Assembly: GCA_051362555.1 (NCBI GenBank)
Contig: JBPQGU010000016.1
Span: forward strand, 62,001 to 126,000
Reading direction: 5' to 3'
Length of the DNA: 64,000 nucleotides
From: Lingula anatina
Taxonomy: Eukaryota > Animalia > Brachiopoda
The position numbers and the translations under genes were made by a program. Position 1 is the first letter of the stretch; every line of letters starts with the position of its first letter. Shown one piece after another: positions 41,101 through 53,526 of this stretch. The notes beneath the pieces are model-generated. The model was given only the letters and a program-made list of their open reading frames with translations, was not told the DNA's origin and made no database searches.

Positions 41101-44100
41101 GTGGCACCAATATAATGACTTTTAAGTGAAGAGAAAAGAAATATAATTGTCGACGCAGATGTAAACTTTCTAAAGTATACCGTATTATTATGCAAAAGGT
41201 AATTTGCTAAGTCCCACGGGCGCCCTCATTCGTTCTCGTCTGGTGGCATCCCGATTCAGGGGCCAGGTCGTTGTCGTGATGGACTGACCTGCCTCATCCG
41301 GGACTCGAACCCGTGACTTTGCGTTACCAAGGTTGATGACGCTTTGGATGTGTCATTTGCATCCATGCACGCTACCGACTGCTCCGTGACTGACCCGCCC
41401 ACCCTCCGTACGTGCGAGTTTCCTCTTATAGTAATCAATCGCAATTTTTAAAAAGTTAATTCCGGCAAAAATATTGTCACAGTAGCTGCTGGGACTCGAA
41501 CCGGCGTTCGAGCGACTGCCTGCATGCAAGACGGGAGAGTTACCACGCAGCCATGACAGCTCCGTTGTGGCGATGTAATCGGATGGAAACTTTCAACCTC
41601 GTCACGGAAGGCGCCAGATTGGGTGCACATGTGTAGCCCTGCTGTCGCAATCGATAATCCGGGTGCCGCATTTCGGCCCACGCAACCCCAGTCCCCGACA
41701 TGAACGGTAAAATTCATGATGTACACGAAGCCGTGTTTGACAACCCGACTCGGAGCTCGGAGTTTGTTTTATACTAAGATTGATTTTGGCTTTACCCATG
41801 ATATTAAAGAGTACAGTGGGATCAGAGGCGGTGCACAACCGACGGGTTTTACTTTTAGCGAGACCATATAGGAGGAGAGAATTAATAATAATAAAAAAAA
41901 TACATTCAAGTGTTTAATTACTGGCGCGATTGCAGCCTTGGAAAATTTCGCGTAAAACATATTTGGCAAAGAATTCCGCCGAGGAGATATCGTTTTTCTA
42001 TCGAACACGGTTAACAGGTGGTATGACGTGCTGTTATACCGGAAAAGCTACAGAATCGAAACAAGTTGGATCGTATTCATTGATAGGCCTGCTCTGTACA
42101 TTCCTAGTAATAAAGATGACTTCGGATGCTGTTATTTTCATTTGGTTTTGCATTGAGATAACGTTTGGTTTCACCTTTGACGTTGTAGAGCACGATGACG
42201 TCCACAGCCGTTCACACCTCGGCGGTTTTAGTATTGAGTAGTCTTTACTCTTTCCAGTGTCGACTGCGGACATGCCCCGGGAAGTGTATGAACATATGAA
42301 CAGTCTTGAGAACCAAGGGCCCAAGACAGGAAAGGAGGGGCTTAAAAAGACGAAACGGGTGCCTGATAAAAGGAGTGGAGGTGACGCGACTTTTGTATAA
42401 AATCAAAAGTTTTCTCTCTGCTAATCCCAGCAAAAAGATGGCACATTTTGACGGAATGCAAGCCATACGGAGTTAGCTATAGCTCAATTTAAGTTCAAGA
42501 TCTGTGGCACCAATATAATGACTTTTAAGTGAAGAGAAAAGAAATATAATTGTCGACGCAGATGTAAACTTTCTAAAGTATACCGTATTATTATGCAAAA
42601 GGTAATTTGCTAAGTCCCACGGACGTCCTCATTCGTTCTCGTCTGGTGGCATCCCGATTCAGGGGCCAGGTCGTTGTCGTGATGGACTGACCTGCCTCAT
42701 CCGGGACTCGAACCCGTGACTTTGCGTTACCAAGGTTGATGACGCTTTGGATGTGTCATTTGCATCCATGCACGCTACCGACTGCTCCGTGACTGACCCG
42801 CCCACCCTCCGTACGTGCGAGTTTCCTCTTATAGTAATCAATCGCAATTTTTAAAAAGTTAATTCTGGCAAAAATATTGTCACAGTAGCTGCTGGGACTC
42901 GAACCGGCGTTCGAGCGACTGCCTGCATGCAAGACAGGAGAGTTACCACGCAGCCACGACAGCTCCTTAGTGGCGAAGTAATCGGATGGAAACTTTCAAC
43001 CTCGTCACCGAAGGCGCCAGATTGGGTGCACATGTGTAGTCCTGCTGTCGCAATCGATAATCCGGGTGCCGCATTTCGGCCCACGCAACCCCAGTCACCG
43101 ACATGAACGGTAAAATTCATGATGTACACGAAGCCGTGTTTGACAACCCGACTCGGAGCTCGGAGTTTGTTTTATACTAAGATTGATTTTGGCTTTTCCC
43201 ATGATATTAAAGAGTACAGTGGGATCAGAGGCGGTGCACAACCGACGGGTTTTACTTTTAGCGAGACCATATAGGAGGAGAGAATTAATTAAAAAAAAAA
43301 TACATTCAAGTGTTTAATTACTGGCGCGATTGCAGCCTTGGAAAATTTCGCGTAAAACATATTTGGCAAAGAATTCCGCCGAGGAGATATCGTTTTTCTA
43401 TCGAACACGGTTAACAGGTGGTATGACGTGCTGTTATACCGGAAAAGCTACAGAATCGAAACAAGTTGGATCGTATTCATTGATAGGCCTGCTCTGTACA
43501 TTCCTAGTAATAAAGATGACTTCGGATGCTGTTATTTTCATTTGGTTTTGCATTGAGATAACGTTTGGTTTCACCTTTGACGTTGTAGAGCACGATGACG
43601 TCCACAGCCGTTCACACCTCGGCGGTTTTAGTATTGAGTAGTCTTTACTCTTTCCAGTGTCGACTGCGGACATGCCCCGGGAAGTGTATGAACATATGAA
43701 CAGTCTTGAGAACCAAGGGCCCAAGACAGGAAAGGAGGGGCTTAAAAAGACGAAACGGGTGCCTGATAAAAGGAGTGGAGGTGACGCGACTTTTGTATAA
43801 AATCAAAAGTTTTCTCTCTGCTAATCCCAGCAAAAAGATGGCACATTTTGACGGAATGCAAGCCATACGGAGTTAGCTATATCTCAATTTAAGTTCAAGA
43901 TCTGTGGCACCAATATAATGACTTTTAAGTGAAGAGAAAAGAAATATAATTGTCGACGCAGATGTAAACTTTCTAAAGTATACCGTATTATTATGCAAAA
44001 GGTAATTTGCTAAGTCCCACGGGCGCCCTCATTCGTTCTCGTCTGGTGGCATCCCGATTCAGGGGCCAGGTCGTTGTCGTGATGGACTGACCTGCCTCAT

Positions 44101-47100
44101 CCGGGACTCGAACCCGTGACTTTGCGTTACCAAGGTTGATGACGCTTTGGATGTGTCATTTGCATCCATGCACGCTACCGACTGCTCCGTGACTGACCCG
44201 CCCACCCTCCGTACGTGCGAGTTTCCTCTTATAGTAATCAATCGCAATTTTTAAAAAGTTAATTCCGGCAAAAATATTGTCACAGTAGCTGCTGGGACTC
44301 GAACCGGCGTTCGAGCGACTGCCTGCATGCAAGACGGGAGAGTTACCACGCAGCCATGACAGCTCCGTTGTGGCGATGTAATCGGATGGAAACTTTCAAC
44401 CTCGTCACGGAAGGCGCCAGATTGGGTGCACATGTGTAGCCCTGCTGTCGCAATCGATAATCCGGGTGCCGCATTTCGGCCCACGCAACCCCAGTCCCCG
44501 ACATGAACGGTAAAATTCATGATGTACACGAAGCCGTGTTTGACAACCCGACTCGGAGCTCGGAGTTTGTTTTATACTAAGATTGATTTTGGCTTTACCC
44601 ATGATATTAAAGAGTACAGTGGGATCAGAGGCGGTGCACAACCGACGGGTTTTACTTTTAGCGAGACCATATAGGAGGAGAGAATTAATAATAATAAAAA
44701 AATACATTCAAGTGTTTAATTACTGGCGCGATTGCAGCCTTGGAAAATTTCGCGTAAAACATATTTGGCAAAGAATTCCGCCGAGGAGATATCGTTTTTC
44801 TATCGAACACGGTTAACAGGTGGTATGACGTGCTGTTATACCGGAAAAGCTACAGAATCGAAACAAGTTGGATCGTATTCATTGATAGGCCTGCTCTGTA
44901 CATTCCTAGTAATAAAGATGACTTCGGATGCTGTTATTTTCATTTGGTTTTGCATTGAGATAACGTTTGGTTTCACCTTTGACGTTGTAGAGCACGATGA
45001 CGTCCACAGCCGTTCACACCTCGGCGGTTTTAGTATTGAGTAGTCTTTACTCTTTCCAGTGTCGACTGCGGACATGCCCCGGGAAGTGTATGAACATATG
45101 AACAGTCTTGAGAACCAAGGGCCCAAGACAGGAAAGGAGGGGCTTAAAAAGACGAAACGGGTGCCTGATAAAAGGAGTGGAGGTGACGCGACTTTTGTAT
45201 AAAATCAAAAGTTTTCTCTCTGCTAATCCCAGCAAAAAGATGGCACATTTTGACGGAATGCAAGCCATACGGAGTTAGCTATAGCTCAATTTAAGTTCAA
45301 GATCTGTGGCACCAATATAATGACTTTTAAGTGAAGAGAAAAGAAATATAATTGTCGACGCAGATGTAAACTTTCTAAAGTATACCGTATTATTATGCAA
45401 AAGGTAATTTGCTAAGTCCCACGGACGTCCTCATTCGTTCTCGTCTGGTGGCATCCCGATTCAGGGGCCAGGTCGTTGTCGTGATGGACTGACCTGCCTC
45501 ATCCGGGACTCGAACCCGTGACTTTGCGTTACCAAGGTTGATGACGCTTTGGATGTGTCATTTGCATCCATGCACGCTACCGACTGCTCCGTGACTGACC
45601 CGCCCACCCTCCGTACGTGCGAGTTTCCTCTTATAGTAATCAATCGCAATTTTTAAAAAGTTAATTCTGGCAAAAATATTGTCACAGTAGCTGCTGGGAC
45701 TCGAACCGGCGTTCGAGCGACTGCCTGCATGCAAGACAGGAGAGTTACCACGCAGCCACGACAGCTCCTTAGTGGCGAAGTAATCGGATGGAAACTTTCA
45801 ACCTCGTCACCGAAGGCGCCAGATTGGGTGCACATGTGTAGTCCTGCTGTCGCAATCGATAATCCGGGTGCCGCATTTCGGCCCACGCAACCCCAGTCAC
45901 CGACATGAACGGTAAAATTCATGATGTACACGAAGCCGTGTTTGACAACCCGACTCGGAGCTCGGAGTTTGTTTTATACTAAGATTGATTTTGGCTTTTC
46001 CCATGATATTAAAGAGTACAGTGGGATCAGAGGCGGTGCACAACCGACGGGTTTTACTTTTAGCGAGACCATATAGGAGGAGAGAATTAATTAAAAAAAA
46101 AATACATTCAAGTGTTTAATTACTGGCGCGATTGCAGCCTTGGAAAATTTCGCGTAAAACATATTTGGCAAAGAATTCCGCCGAGGAGATATCGTTTTTC
46201 TATCGAACACGGTTAACAGGTGGTATGACGTGCTGTTATACCGGAAAAGCTACAGAATCGAAACAAGTTGGATCGTATTCATTGATAGGCCTGCTCTGTA
46301 CATTCCTAGTAATAAAGATGACTTCGGATGCTGTTATTTTCATTTGGTTTTGCATTGAGATAACGTTTGGTTTCACCTTTGACGTTGTAGAGCACGATGA
46401 CGTCCACAGCCGTTCACACCTCGGCGGTTTTAGTATTGAGTAGTCTTTACTCTTTCCAGTGTCGACTGCGGACATGCCCCGGGAAGTGTATGAACATATG
46501 AACAGTCTTGAGAACCAAGGGCCCAAGACAGGAAAGGAGGGGCTTAAAAAGACGAAACGGGTGCCTGATAAAAGGAGTGGAGGTGACGCGACTTTTGTAT
46601 AAAATCAAAAGTTTTCTCTCTGCTAATCCCAGCAAAAAGATGGCACATTTTGACGGAATGCAAGCCATACGGAGTTAGCTATATCTCAATTTAAGTTCAA
46701 GATCTGTGGCACCAATATAATGACTTTTAAGTGAAGAGAAAAGAAATATAATTGTCGACGCAGATGTAAACTTTCTAAAGTATACCGTATTATTATGCAA
46801 AAGGTAATTTGCTAAGTCCCACGGGCGCCCTCATTCGTTCTCGTCTGGTGGCATCCCGATTCAGGGGCCAGGTCGTTGTCGTGATGGACTGACCTGCCTC
46901 ATCCGGGACTCGAACCCGTGACTTTGCGTTACCAAGGTTGATGACGCTTTGGATGTGTCATTTGCATCCATGCACGCTACCGACTGCTCCGTGACTGACC
47001 CGCCCACCCTCCGTACGTGCGAGTTTCCTCTTATAGTAATCAATCGCAATTTTTAAAAAGTTAATTCCGGCAAAAATATTGTCACAGTAGCTGCTGGGAC

Positions 47101-48201
47101 TCGAACCGGCGTTCGAGCGACTGCCTGCATGCAAGACGGGAGAGTTACCACGCAGCCATGACAGCTCCGTTGTGGCGATGTAATCGGATGGAAACTTTCA
47201 ACCTCGTCACGGAAGGCGCCAGATTGGGTGCACATGTGTAGCCCTGCTGTCGCAATCGATAATCCGGGTGCCGCATTTCGGCCCACGCAACCCCAGTCCC
47301 CGACATGAACGGTAAAATTCATGATGTACACGAAGCCGTGTTTGACAACCCGACTCGGAGCTCGGAGTTTGTTTTATACTAAGATTGATTTTGGCTTTAC
47401 CCATGATATTAAAGAGTACAGTGGGATCAGAGGCGGTGCACAACCGACGGGTTTTACTTTTAGCGAGACCATATAGGAGGAGAGAATTAATAATAATAAA
47501 AAAAATACATTCAAGTGTTTAATTACTGGCGCGATTGCAGCCTTGGAAAATTTCGCGTAAAACATATTTGGCAAAGAATTCCGCCGAGGAGATATCGTTT
47601 TTCTATCGAACACGGTTAACAGGTGGTATGACGTGCTGTTATACCGGAAAAGCTACAGAATCGAAACAAGTTGGATCGTATTCATTGATAGGCCTGCTCT
47701 GTACATTCCTAGTAATAAAGATGACTTCGGATGCTGTTATTTTCATTTGGTTTTGCATTGAGATAACGTTTGGTTTCACCTTTGACGTTGTAGAGCACGA
47801 TGACGTCCACAGCCGTTCACACCTCGGCGGTTTTAGTATTGAGTAGTCTTTACTCTTTCCAGTGTCGACTGCGGACATGCCCCGGGAAGTGTATGAACAT
47901 ATGAACAGTCTTGAGAACCAAGGGCCCAAGACAGGAAAGGAGGGGCTTAAAAAGACGAAACGGGTGCCTGATAAAAGGAGTGGAGGTGACGCGACTTTTG
48001 TATAAAATCAAAAGTTTTCTCTCTGCTAATCCCAGCAAAAAGATGGCACATTTTGACGGAATGCAAGCCATACGGAGTTAGCTATAGCTCAATTTAAGTT
48101 CAAGATCTGTGGCACCAATATAATGACTTTTAAGTGAAGAGAAAAGAAATATAATTGTCGACGCAGATGTAAACTTTCTAAAGTATACCGTATTATTATG
48201 C

Positions 48202-48403
48202 AAAAGGTAATTTGCTAAGTCCCACGGACGTCCTCATTCGTTCTCGTCTGGTGGCATCCCGATTCAGGGGCCAGGTCGTTGTCGTGATGGACTGACCTGC
48301 CTCATCCGGGACTCGAACCCGTGACTTTGCGTTACCAAGGTTGATGACGCTTTGGATGTGTCATTTGCATCCATGCACGCTACCGACTGCTCCGTGACTG
48401 ACC
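48202..48403 (-). ncRNA. Cassette A, last copy in array
   Basis: Same sequence as cassette A in the other units. Confidence 0.5.
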
Positions 48404-48474
48404 CGCCCACCCTCCGTACGTGCGAGTTTCCTCTTATAGTAATCAATCGCAATTTTTAAAAAGTTAATTCTGGC

Positions 48475-48571
48475 AAAAATATTGTCACAGTAGCTGCTGG
48501 GACTCGAACCGGCGTTCGAGCGACTGCCTGCATGCAAGACAGGAGAGTTACCACGCAGCCACGACAGCTCC
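48475..48571 (-). ncRNA. Cassette B, last copy in array
   Basis: Same sequence as the copy at 5018-5114. Confidence 0.55.
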
Positions 48572-48707
48572 TTAGTGGCGAAGTAATCGGATGGAAACTT
48601 TCAACCTCGTCACCGAAGGCGCCAGATTGGGTGCACATGTGTAGTCCTGCTGTCGCAATCGATAATCCGGGTGCCGCATTTCGGCCCACGCAACCCCAGT
48701 CACCGAC

Positions 48708-49340
48708 TATGGGCGTATCTCTGCCAGTTTTGAAGATATAAGGGAGAGAAAAGTTGCAAAGTTCAGTTTATGTTGAAAAGTAGGTCAAAGGCCAATTTCA
48801 AGATCACAGATTGCCAGTATATGACTTCCTATTCGACTTCAAAAGTAATTATGGCCCTATCTCTGCTAGTTTTTGCGATAGAAAGGACTGAAATGTTCCA
48901 ATAAACTTCAGTTCATGGTGAAAAGTAGGTCAAAGGCCATTTCCAAGAACACAGATTGCCAGTATGTGACTTCCTATTCAACTTCAATTAATAGTGACTA
49001 TAAACAATAGTCCGAAGGTTTAATAGTCCGAAGGTTCATTGGTGGGAATATTCACTATAGAACCTTCGGACCAATGAACCCTTGATTAAAGAATCGATGA
49101 AAATGTTACCACTTTTCGGACCAATGAACCTTCGGACCAATGAACCTTCGGACTATCGAGGCGCCCCCGTGTGACTATGACCTTATCTCTGCCACATGCA
49201 GTTCTTGAGATATAAGGGACTAAAATTATCTAAACTCGAGTTCATGGTGAAAAGTAGGTAAAAGGTCAATTTGAAGGTCACAGTTATATTGCCAGTGTAG
49301 GACTTCCTATTCAACATCAATAGTAATTATGGACCTATCT
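48708..49340 (+). repeat. About 3 degenerate ~145-bp tandem repeats (aaaagtaggtcaaaggcca...tatgacttcctatt...tatggccctatctc)
   Basis: The motif aaaagtaggt recurs at 48776, 48921 and ~49250. gacttcctattc and tatgg/ctatctc recur in register. The repeats are interrupted by an insertion at 49002-49170. Confidence 0.85.
49002..49170. mobile_element. Short MITE-like insertion with inverted 16-bp subrepeats
   Basis: Left arm has aatagtccgaaggtt twice and the right part has several aaccttcggaccaatg copies (reverse complement). Flanked by the 8-bp direct repeat gtgactat (48994-49001, 49171-49178). The left terminus looks truncated. Confidence 0.7.
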
Positions 49341-49511
49341 AAATGTTACAATTTTGGAGTAACAGTAATGTGCCATAAAGAAGAAATTATTGAAAAAAGA
49401 AAAAGTCATTTTGAAATTGTTGAAATGGGAGGTGCTCAGAAGATCCAGATGTTCATATTTCATGAAATAATGTCATTTTGACCAGAAGTTGTCTGCCGCG
49501 CCAATTCTTAT

Positions 49512-49678
49512 CAGGTCCGTAGCCAGGGGGGTTCGGGGGGTTCAAAAGAACCTCCCTTTTTGCTGGAAAAACGTCCACTCTGGGTAAAATTTGACCTAGG
49601 TACATGGGGATTATATGGTAAAAGGTCCACTTTTTCAGAAAAAGACCCCCCCCTTTGAAATTGCTGGCTACGGACCTG
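49512..49678. mobile_element. MITE with 15-bp TIRs and 5-bp TSD
   Basis: TIR caggtccgtagccag / ctggctacggacctg, with TSD cttat on both sides (49507-49511, 49679-49683). Confidence 0.9.
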
Positions 49679-50412
49679 CTTATGTTATCTTTTCCAGATG
49701 TTCAAAATTTTATGCATATTACCGTATTGCACACTTTACTTTCACCACCGTAATGTACTTTTTGATACAGCGTAACTAGTAAACTGTATGGAAAATAACA
49801 GTGTTGGGCTTGACATGCTCTATCAAATGCAAAAAAACAAGGGGTCTCTAGCATTAATGGTTCCCGAATTAGAGAGTTTTCTGTTTCGGCATCTAATGGC
49901 CGCTGCTCCTGTGAAAATGCACCGATTGACCCCAAACTCACGGAGATGAAAGATGACCTGATGTAACACCTGCCAATAATATTATAGGTTAGGTCTGTGT
50001 AGTTTTCTGAATTACAGTGCAAATATTTTTTTTTCGTAATAAATTCAATTTTTTTTTTTTAATTTGGCCCGTTTCACCTTGAAGTAAAGGTCAAATCCAA
50101 GGGCATATTTGAAATCTCCACATATGACTTTCGGTCTGTAGAAAATTTTCCCATAATTCCTTCGAAATGGTAGATAATTAGCATTTAATTTTGCCAATTT
50201 TGGACGAGGGTGTATGGCAATGAGTGCCACCAAACCTCAACCCCAGCACCGACGAAGCCCAAATTTTACGTGGCTCGAGTTGAGATTATACGCGACCTAA
50301 ATCCAAGAGATGGGTATGCAGGCCCTTGTAGTCTAGGAGGGGAAGCGGTACAGTGACATGGCGGCAGAGCCAGAGGAGCCGAGAGAATCTGCAGGTCTGG
50401 ATAAAAACCATG

Positions 50413-50442
50413 TGTACCGCCAGCGCCTACGCTGGTGGTACA
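50413..50442. other. GC-rich hairpin (13-bp arms, 4-nt loop), candidate Helentron 3' terminal hairpin
   Basis: tgtaccgccagcg-ccta-cgctggtggtaca, with one G:T pair. Confidence 0.8.
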
Positions 50443-51319
50443 ATAACAATAACAAGATTTTCACTAGGTTTTTATTATTTTGTTTATTTGTACCCAAACT
50501 ACAAAATTTTTGAAAGCATAAGGTTATCTCTACAGTATATCAGCAATGGTTCAAAAAGACCAATTGAATTTAGCTGTTAATTCTGGCCTTTTTATGACTG
50601 CTTTCCAAAGTCTCTGCATAGTCCATGCCTCCTTAGATGAAGTGGATGTGTGTTAATTAAGTCACTTCTTAAATGCTTACTACAAATGGCAAAATTCCTT
50701 AGGCTAGTATTATGCAAACATTCTAAAGCTCAACATGCAAGACTTATGCTACTTTCTTTTGAATTCTCCCTCTGTTTCCCTCTGTCTTTTTTTCTATTTT
50801 GTTTTAACGGCAAGAAAAAAATATGAATACAGTATAAAACAACCATCACGTATTTAACTAAGCCCTACATAAGACCATATTTTTACTGGAGTTATCTCTG
50901 CCATTTATATATGTAGGTTATTGTATAAAAAGAGGAATAAATCCTGAAACGGATATATAATTTGATTCTCTAAATGTATTTTATTTTAAATGGTCTGCAT
51001 AAACTGTGACTTTATAATGCACTGTGGGCTTCCTTTAATGCTCATTTTTACCAATAAGACATTTTAGCTAATATCCTCCTTTTGTCTTTTTTTTAAATTC
51101 ACTTATAATTTTTTATGTCTGTGATCAACAATTGACAGGCAGTTGTGTGCATAGAATTATGAATACTGATAATTATGTGCTTGTGCATCCAAAATTTAAA
51201 TAAATATACATTATCTGTAAGTTTTTACTTGGTGTCGAAGCTACACAAATGAAAAAACTATAATAATCTTATATCCCTACTCTACATGTTCCTTGTTAAT
51301 TAACTGTAAGCATCATAAC

Positions 51320-51347
51320 AAAAAAAAAAAAAAAAAAAAAAAAAAAA
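51320..51347. repeat. Poly(A) tract (28 nt)
   Basis: Direct reading of the sequence. Confidence 0.95.
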
Positions 51348-51508
51348 CACACAGAGACCATTTCTATATCACAAAAAAATAAATATGTTATATGTAGATT
51401 TATGAAATAACTGGAATGTTTTTGCAAATTCATCAAGGGTATTCAGTAGAAGACAAACTGATCCCCAGATGAAATATGATCGACTAACTTAAAAACAGCG
51501 CAGACTAA

Positions 51509-51634
51509 TTCCCTGCACTGATGGCCTCCCTGCCTCCACAAGTGCCGTTGCTGCAGGTGCCTTGCAATTTAACCTCAGAGCTGAGATTTAACCCGTTTAA
51601 TGGCGCGTGTGGAGGCAGGGAGACCATCAGAGGA
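51509..51634. mobile_element. Small foldback element with 32-bp inverted arms (MITE-like)
   Basis: ctgatggcctccctgcctccacaagtgccgtt (51518-51549) is nearly the reverse complement of 51599-51630. The right end is followed by ttaa and the left end is preceded by ctaa. Confidence 0.65.
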
Positions 51635-51720
51635 TTAAGCGGAATTGCTTTCAAGTGAGAAGGCCATTTTTAGTTGATGGATCTGTTCTGAATGTGCTCC
51701 ATCTCACACAGTGTACTATA

Positions 51721-51852
51721 GGGACCATTCCCACAGGTATTTGGATCGATCTATCTCCCTGAGAGTCTCACTAAATTGCTATCAACTTAGCCGGCTCATA
51801 TGTCTGGAGTTAGAACAATCCACATGGATCGATCTAGGTATGGGAACCAAGT
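51721..51852. mobile_element. Internally deleted copy of the foldback MITE at 57979-58235
   Basis: Shares the gggaccattccca start, the ggatcgatctatctcc...ctaaattgc..tcaactt arm and the gatctaggtatg.gaacc end with 57979-58235. Confidence 0.75.
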
Positions 51853-53213
51853 TATAGATGGAGCAGTAAGGCAAGTTTAGTTTACACTTAACACAATCTA
51901 TCTGAGCCCTATGACTAACTAAAGTTAATAGCCTTACTAACATAATCACAAGTTATAAGGTTCTCTCACAGTGTACCAGTACAAACTGTATCACTAGAAT
52001 GATTGAAGGAATCTATGTTCAAACCCTGACTCACTTCTACAGAAAAAAAACTTACAGGGATAATAACTTTTCGTTTTGGCCAAAAAATGAATTTTTCTGG
52101 AGTAAACAGCAATTTTCCCATACTTACCAATGGTTAATGAATCCATTTTTACATTCAAAGTTGGTCCCTGTTTTTTTTCTAAAAAGTTTGGTTTTTTGTT
52201 AAAATCTCTTAAGAGATTATAACAGAGTATAGCCATCAATGGAGGTCACGTGATCTGAAGACAAGCTCAGATATCAGAATAATAGCTATAACTGCTGTTT
52301 TTGTCGTAAAACATAATATATTATATTTCTATGAGTTATTCACAATGTTTTTTTTTGTGAAATATAGATCTCATATGAAGAGTTATTATCCCCTTAATGA
52401 CATCACCAATAACATATAGCTTCACCCCCTCTTTCAATTATAAATGATATGGTGACATCGGTGCATCTTTCACCAGTCTGATGATCTTCTGTGTCAACTA
52501 TAATTAAATAGAGGATTATACATTTTTCCAGTTCACTGTATACTCACTGTCCTTATCTGATGTTATTTGGATATGGTACATAATTAAGTCTGCTAAGTTC
52601 AGAGCGGCAACCCACTTTTAAAGGGTGATATTGTCACAAATATGTCTTTACTGAAACTCGTAACACATATCACAATGATTAAATGATAAAAAAAAAACAA
52701 TAAATGCCACTATCTATCTTAATAATTGGCTTAGTATTACGTAATTTTTTTTTGTGAAAGATTATCAATTACAAAGTCACTCACTTTTCACAGAAAACTG
52801 AGAGTTTCCTTTATATGTTTTGATGTTGTCCAGTGTGAAAGAATAATGTTTGATAAATGGCATATTACATATCATACCACACCATATGACTGTACAGTAG
52901 TTACAATTATGCAACTCATTTTATATATGCACTATGATCAGGCGCATTTATTTTAGTGACTCCATTCATTACTTTTTATGTACAGATGCAGATTTGTCTG
53001 TACATATAGCCGTCACCTGCATCTACCATCACTGTCCCCATCGTTGCCTTGTACTCTCAGTGATAACCCAATAAGAGCAAAATAGTGTTACTTTTTGTCT
53101 TCAAACTTACGAGACTGATGAATATTCATAAAATACAGGTAGAGCCATTTTTTTCAAACTTCATGCTGTTTTTTTTTTTTTTTTTGCTTTTTTCAGCTTA
53201 TTTTTTGCCATCT

Positions 53214-53265
53214 TCAGTCTGCCTTCACCCATCTGCCTATGGAAGTCCTCAGTGCCGCAACCCAT
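53214..53265 (-). CDS. PDZ-PH-PH protein, last coding exon (PH2 C-terminal helix, stop)
   Basis: Acceptor tttcag, phase 2. Reads (R)WVAALRTSIGRWVKAD*, with TGA at 53216-53214. Confidence 0.88.
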
Positions 53266-53526
53266 CTGAAACCGAGGTCAGATTATATGTAAGACGAGCA
53301 TCAAATTATTGAAGTGAAAGTGAAAGTGATGGAAAGACGGAACAGTGAGAAAGTTTATGTGCTGTGTTGTAGATTTTTTTACAAAATAAATATACATGTA
53401 GTTTACACGCAGACCAGAATGAGTGCAATAAACAGTTTTGAAATTTGCACCACAAGAAGCACCATTTGAGGAAATGCAAAGAAGTCATACTTTTCCCATT
53501 CAGATAGAAATCACCATTATCCCTAC

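Larger units (their letters stand above)
1..48707. repeat. Macrosatellite: ~34.7 head-to-tail copies of a ~1.4-kb unit, continuing beyond the left window edge
   Basis: The same ORF recurs 35 times (starts 185, 1589, 2990 ... 47850) at spacings of 1400-1405 bp, once 1378. Copies differ only by scattered SNPs and A-run length. The last copy stops at ...ccccagtcaccgac (48707). Confidence 0.99.
48708..50446 (+). mobile_element. Probable 3' portion of a non-autonomous Helentron/HINE-like element
   Basis: Internal ~145-bp repeats, a further diverged copy near 50072-50131, and an aaaaccat motif followed by a 13-bp-arm hairpin (50413-50442) and aataa. This layout matches described HINE/DINE-like 3' ends. 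The family call is inference. Confidence 0.55.

Noticed and set aside
1-48707. 5S rDNA, histone or CRISPR array
   Set aside because: No 5S or histone sequence recognisable. Units are full-length identical with no variable spacers, and the context is eukaryotic.
185-48741. The 60-140 aa ORFs repeated in every unit as protein-coding genes
   Set aside because: They overlap on both strands, mostly use non-ATG starts and have no recognisable domain. Several change frame with A-run length. Their recurrence reflects only the DNA repeat.
49702-52239. Short ORFs in the transposon-rich flank
   Set aside because: No domain features, AT-rich codon-poor composition, and they lie in repeat-like or intergenic sequence.
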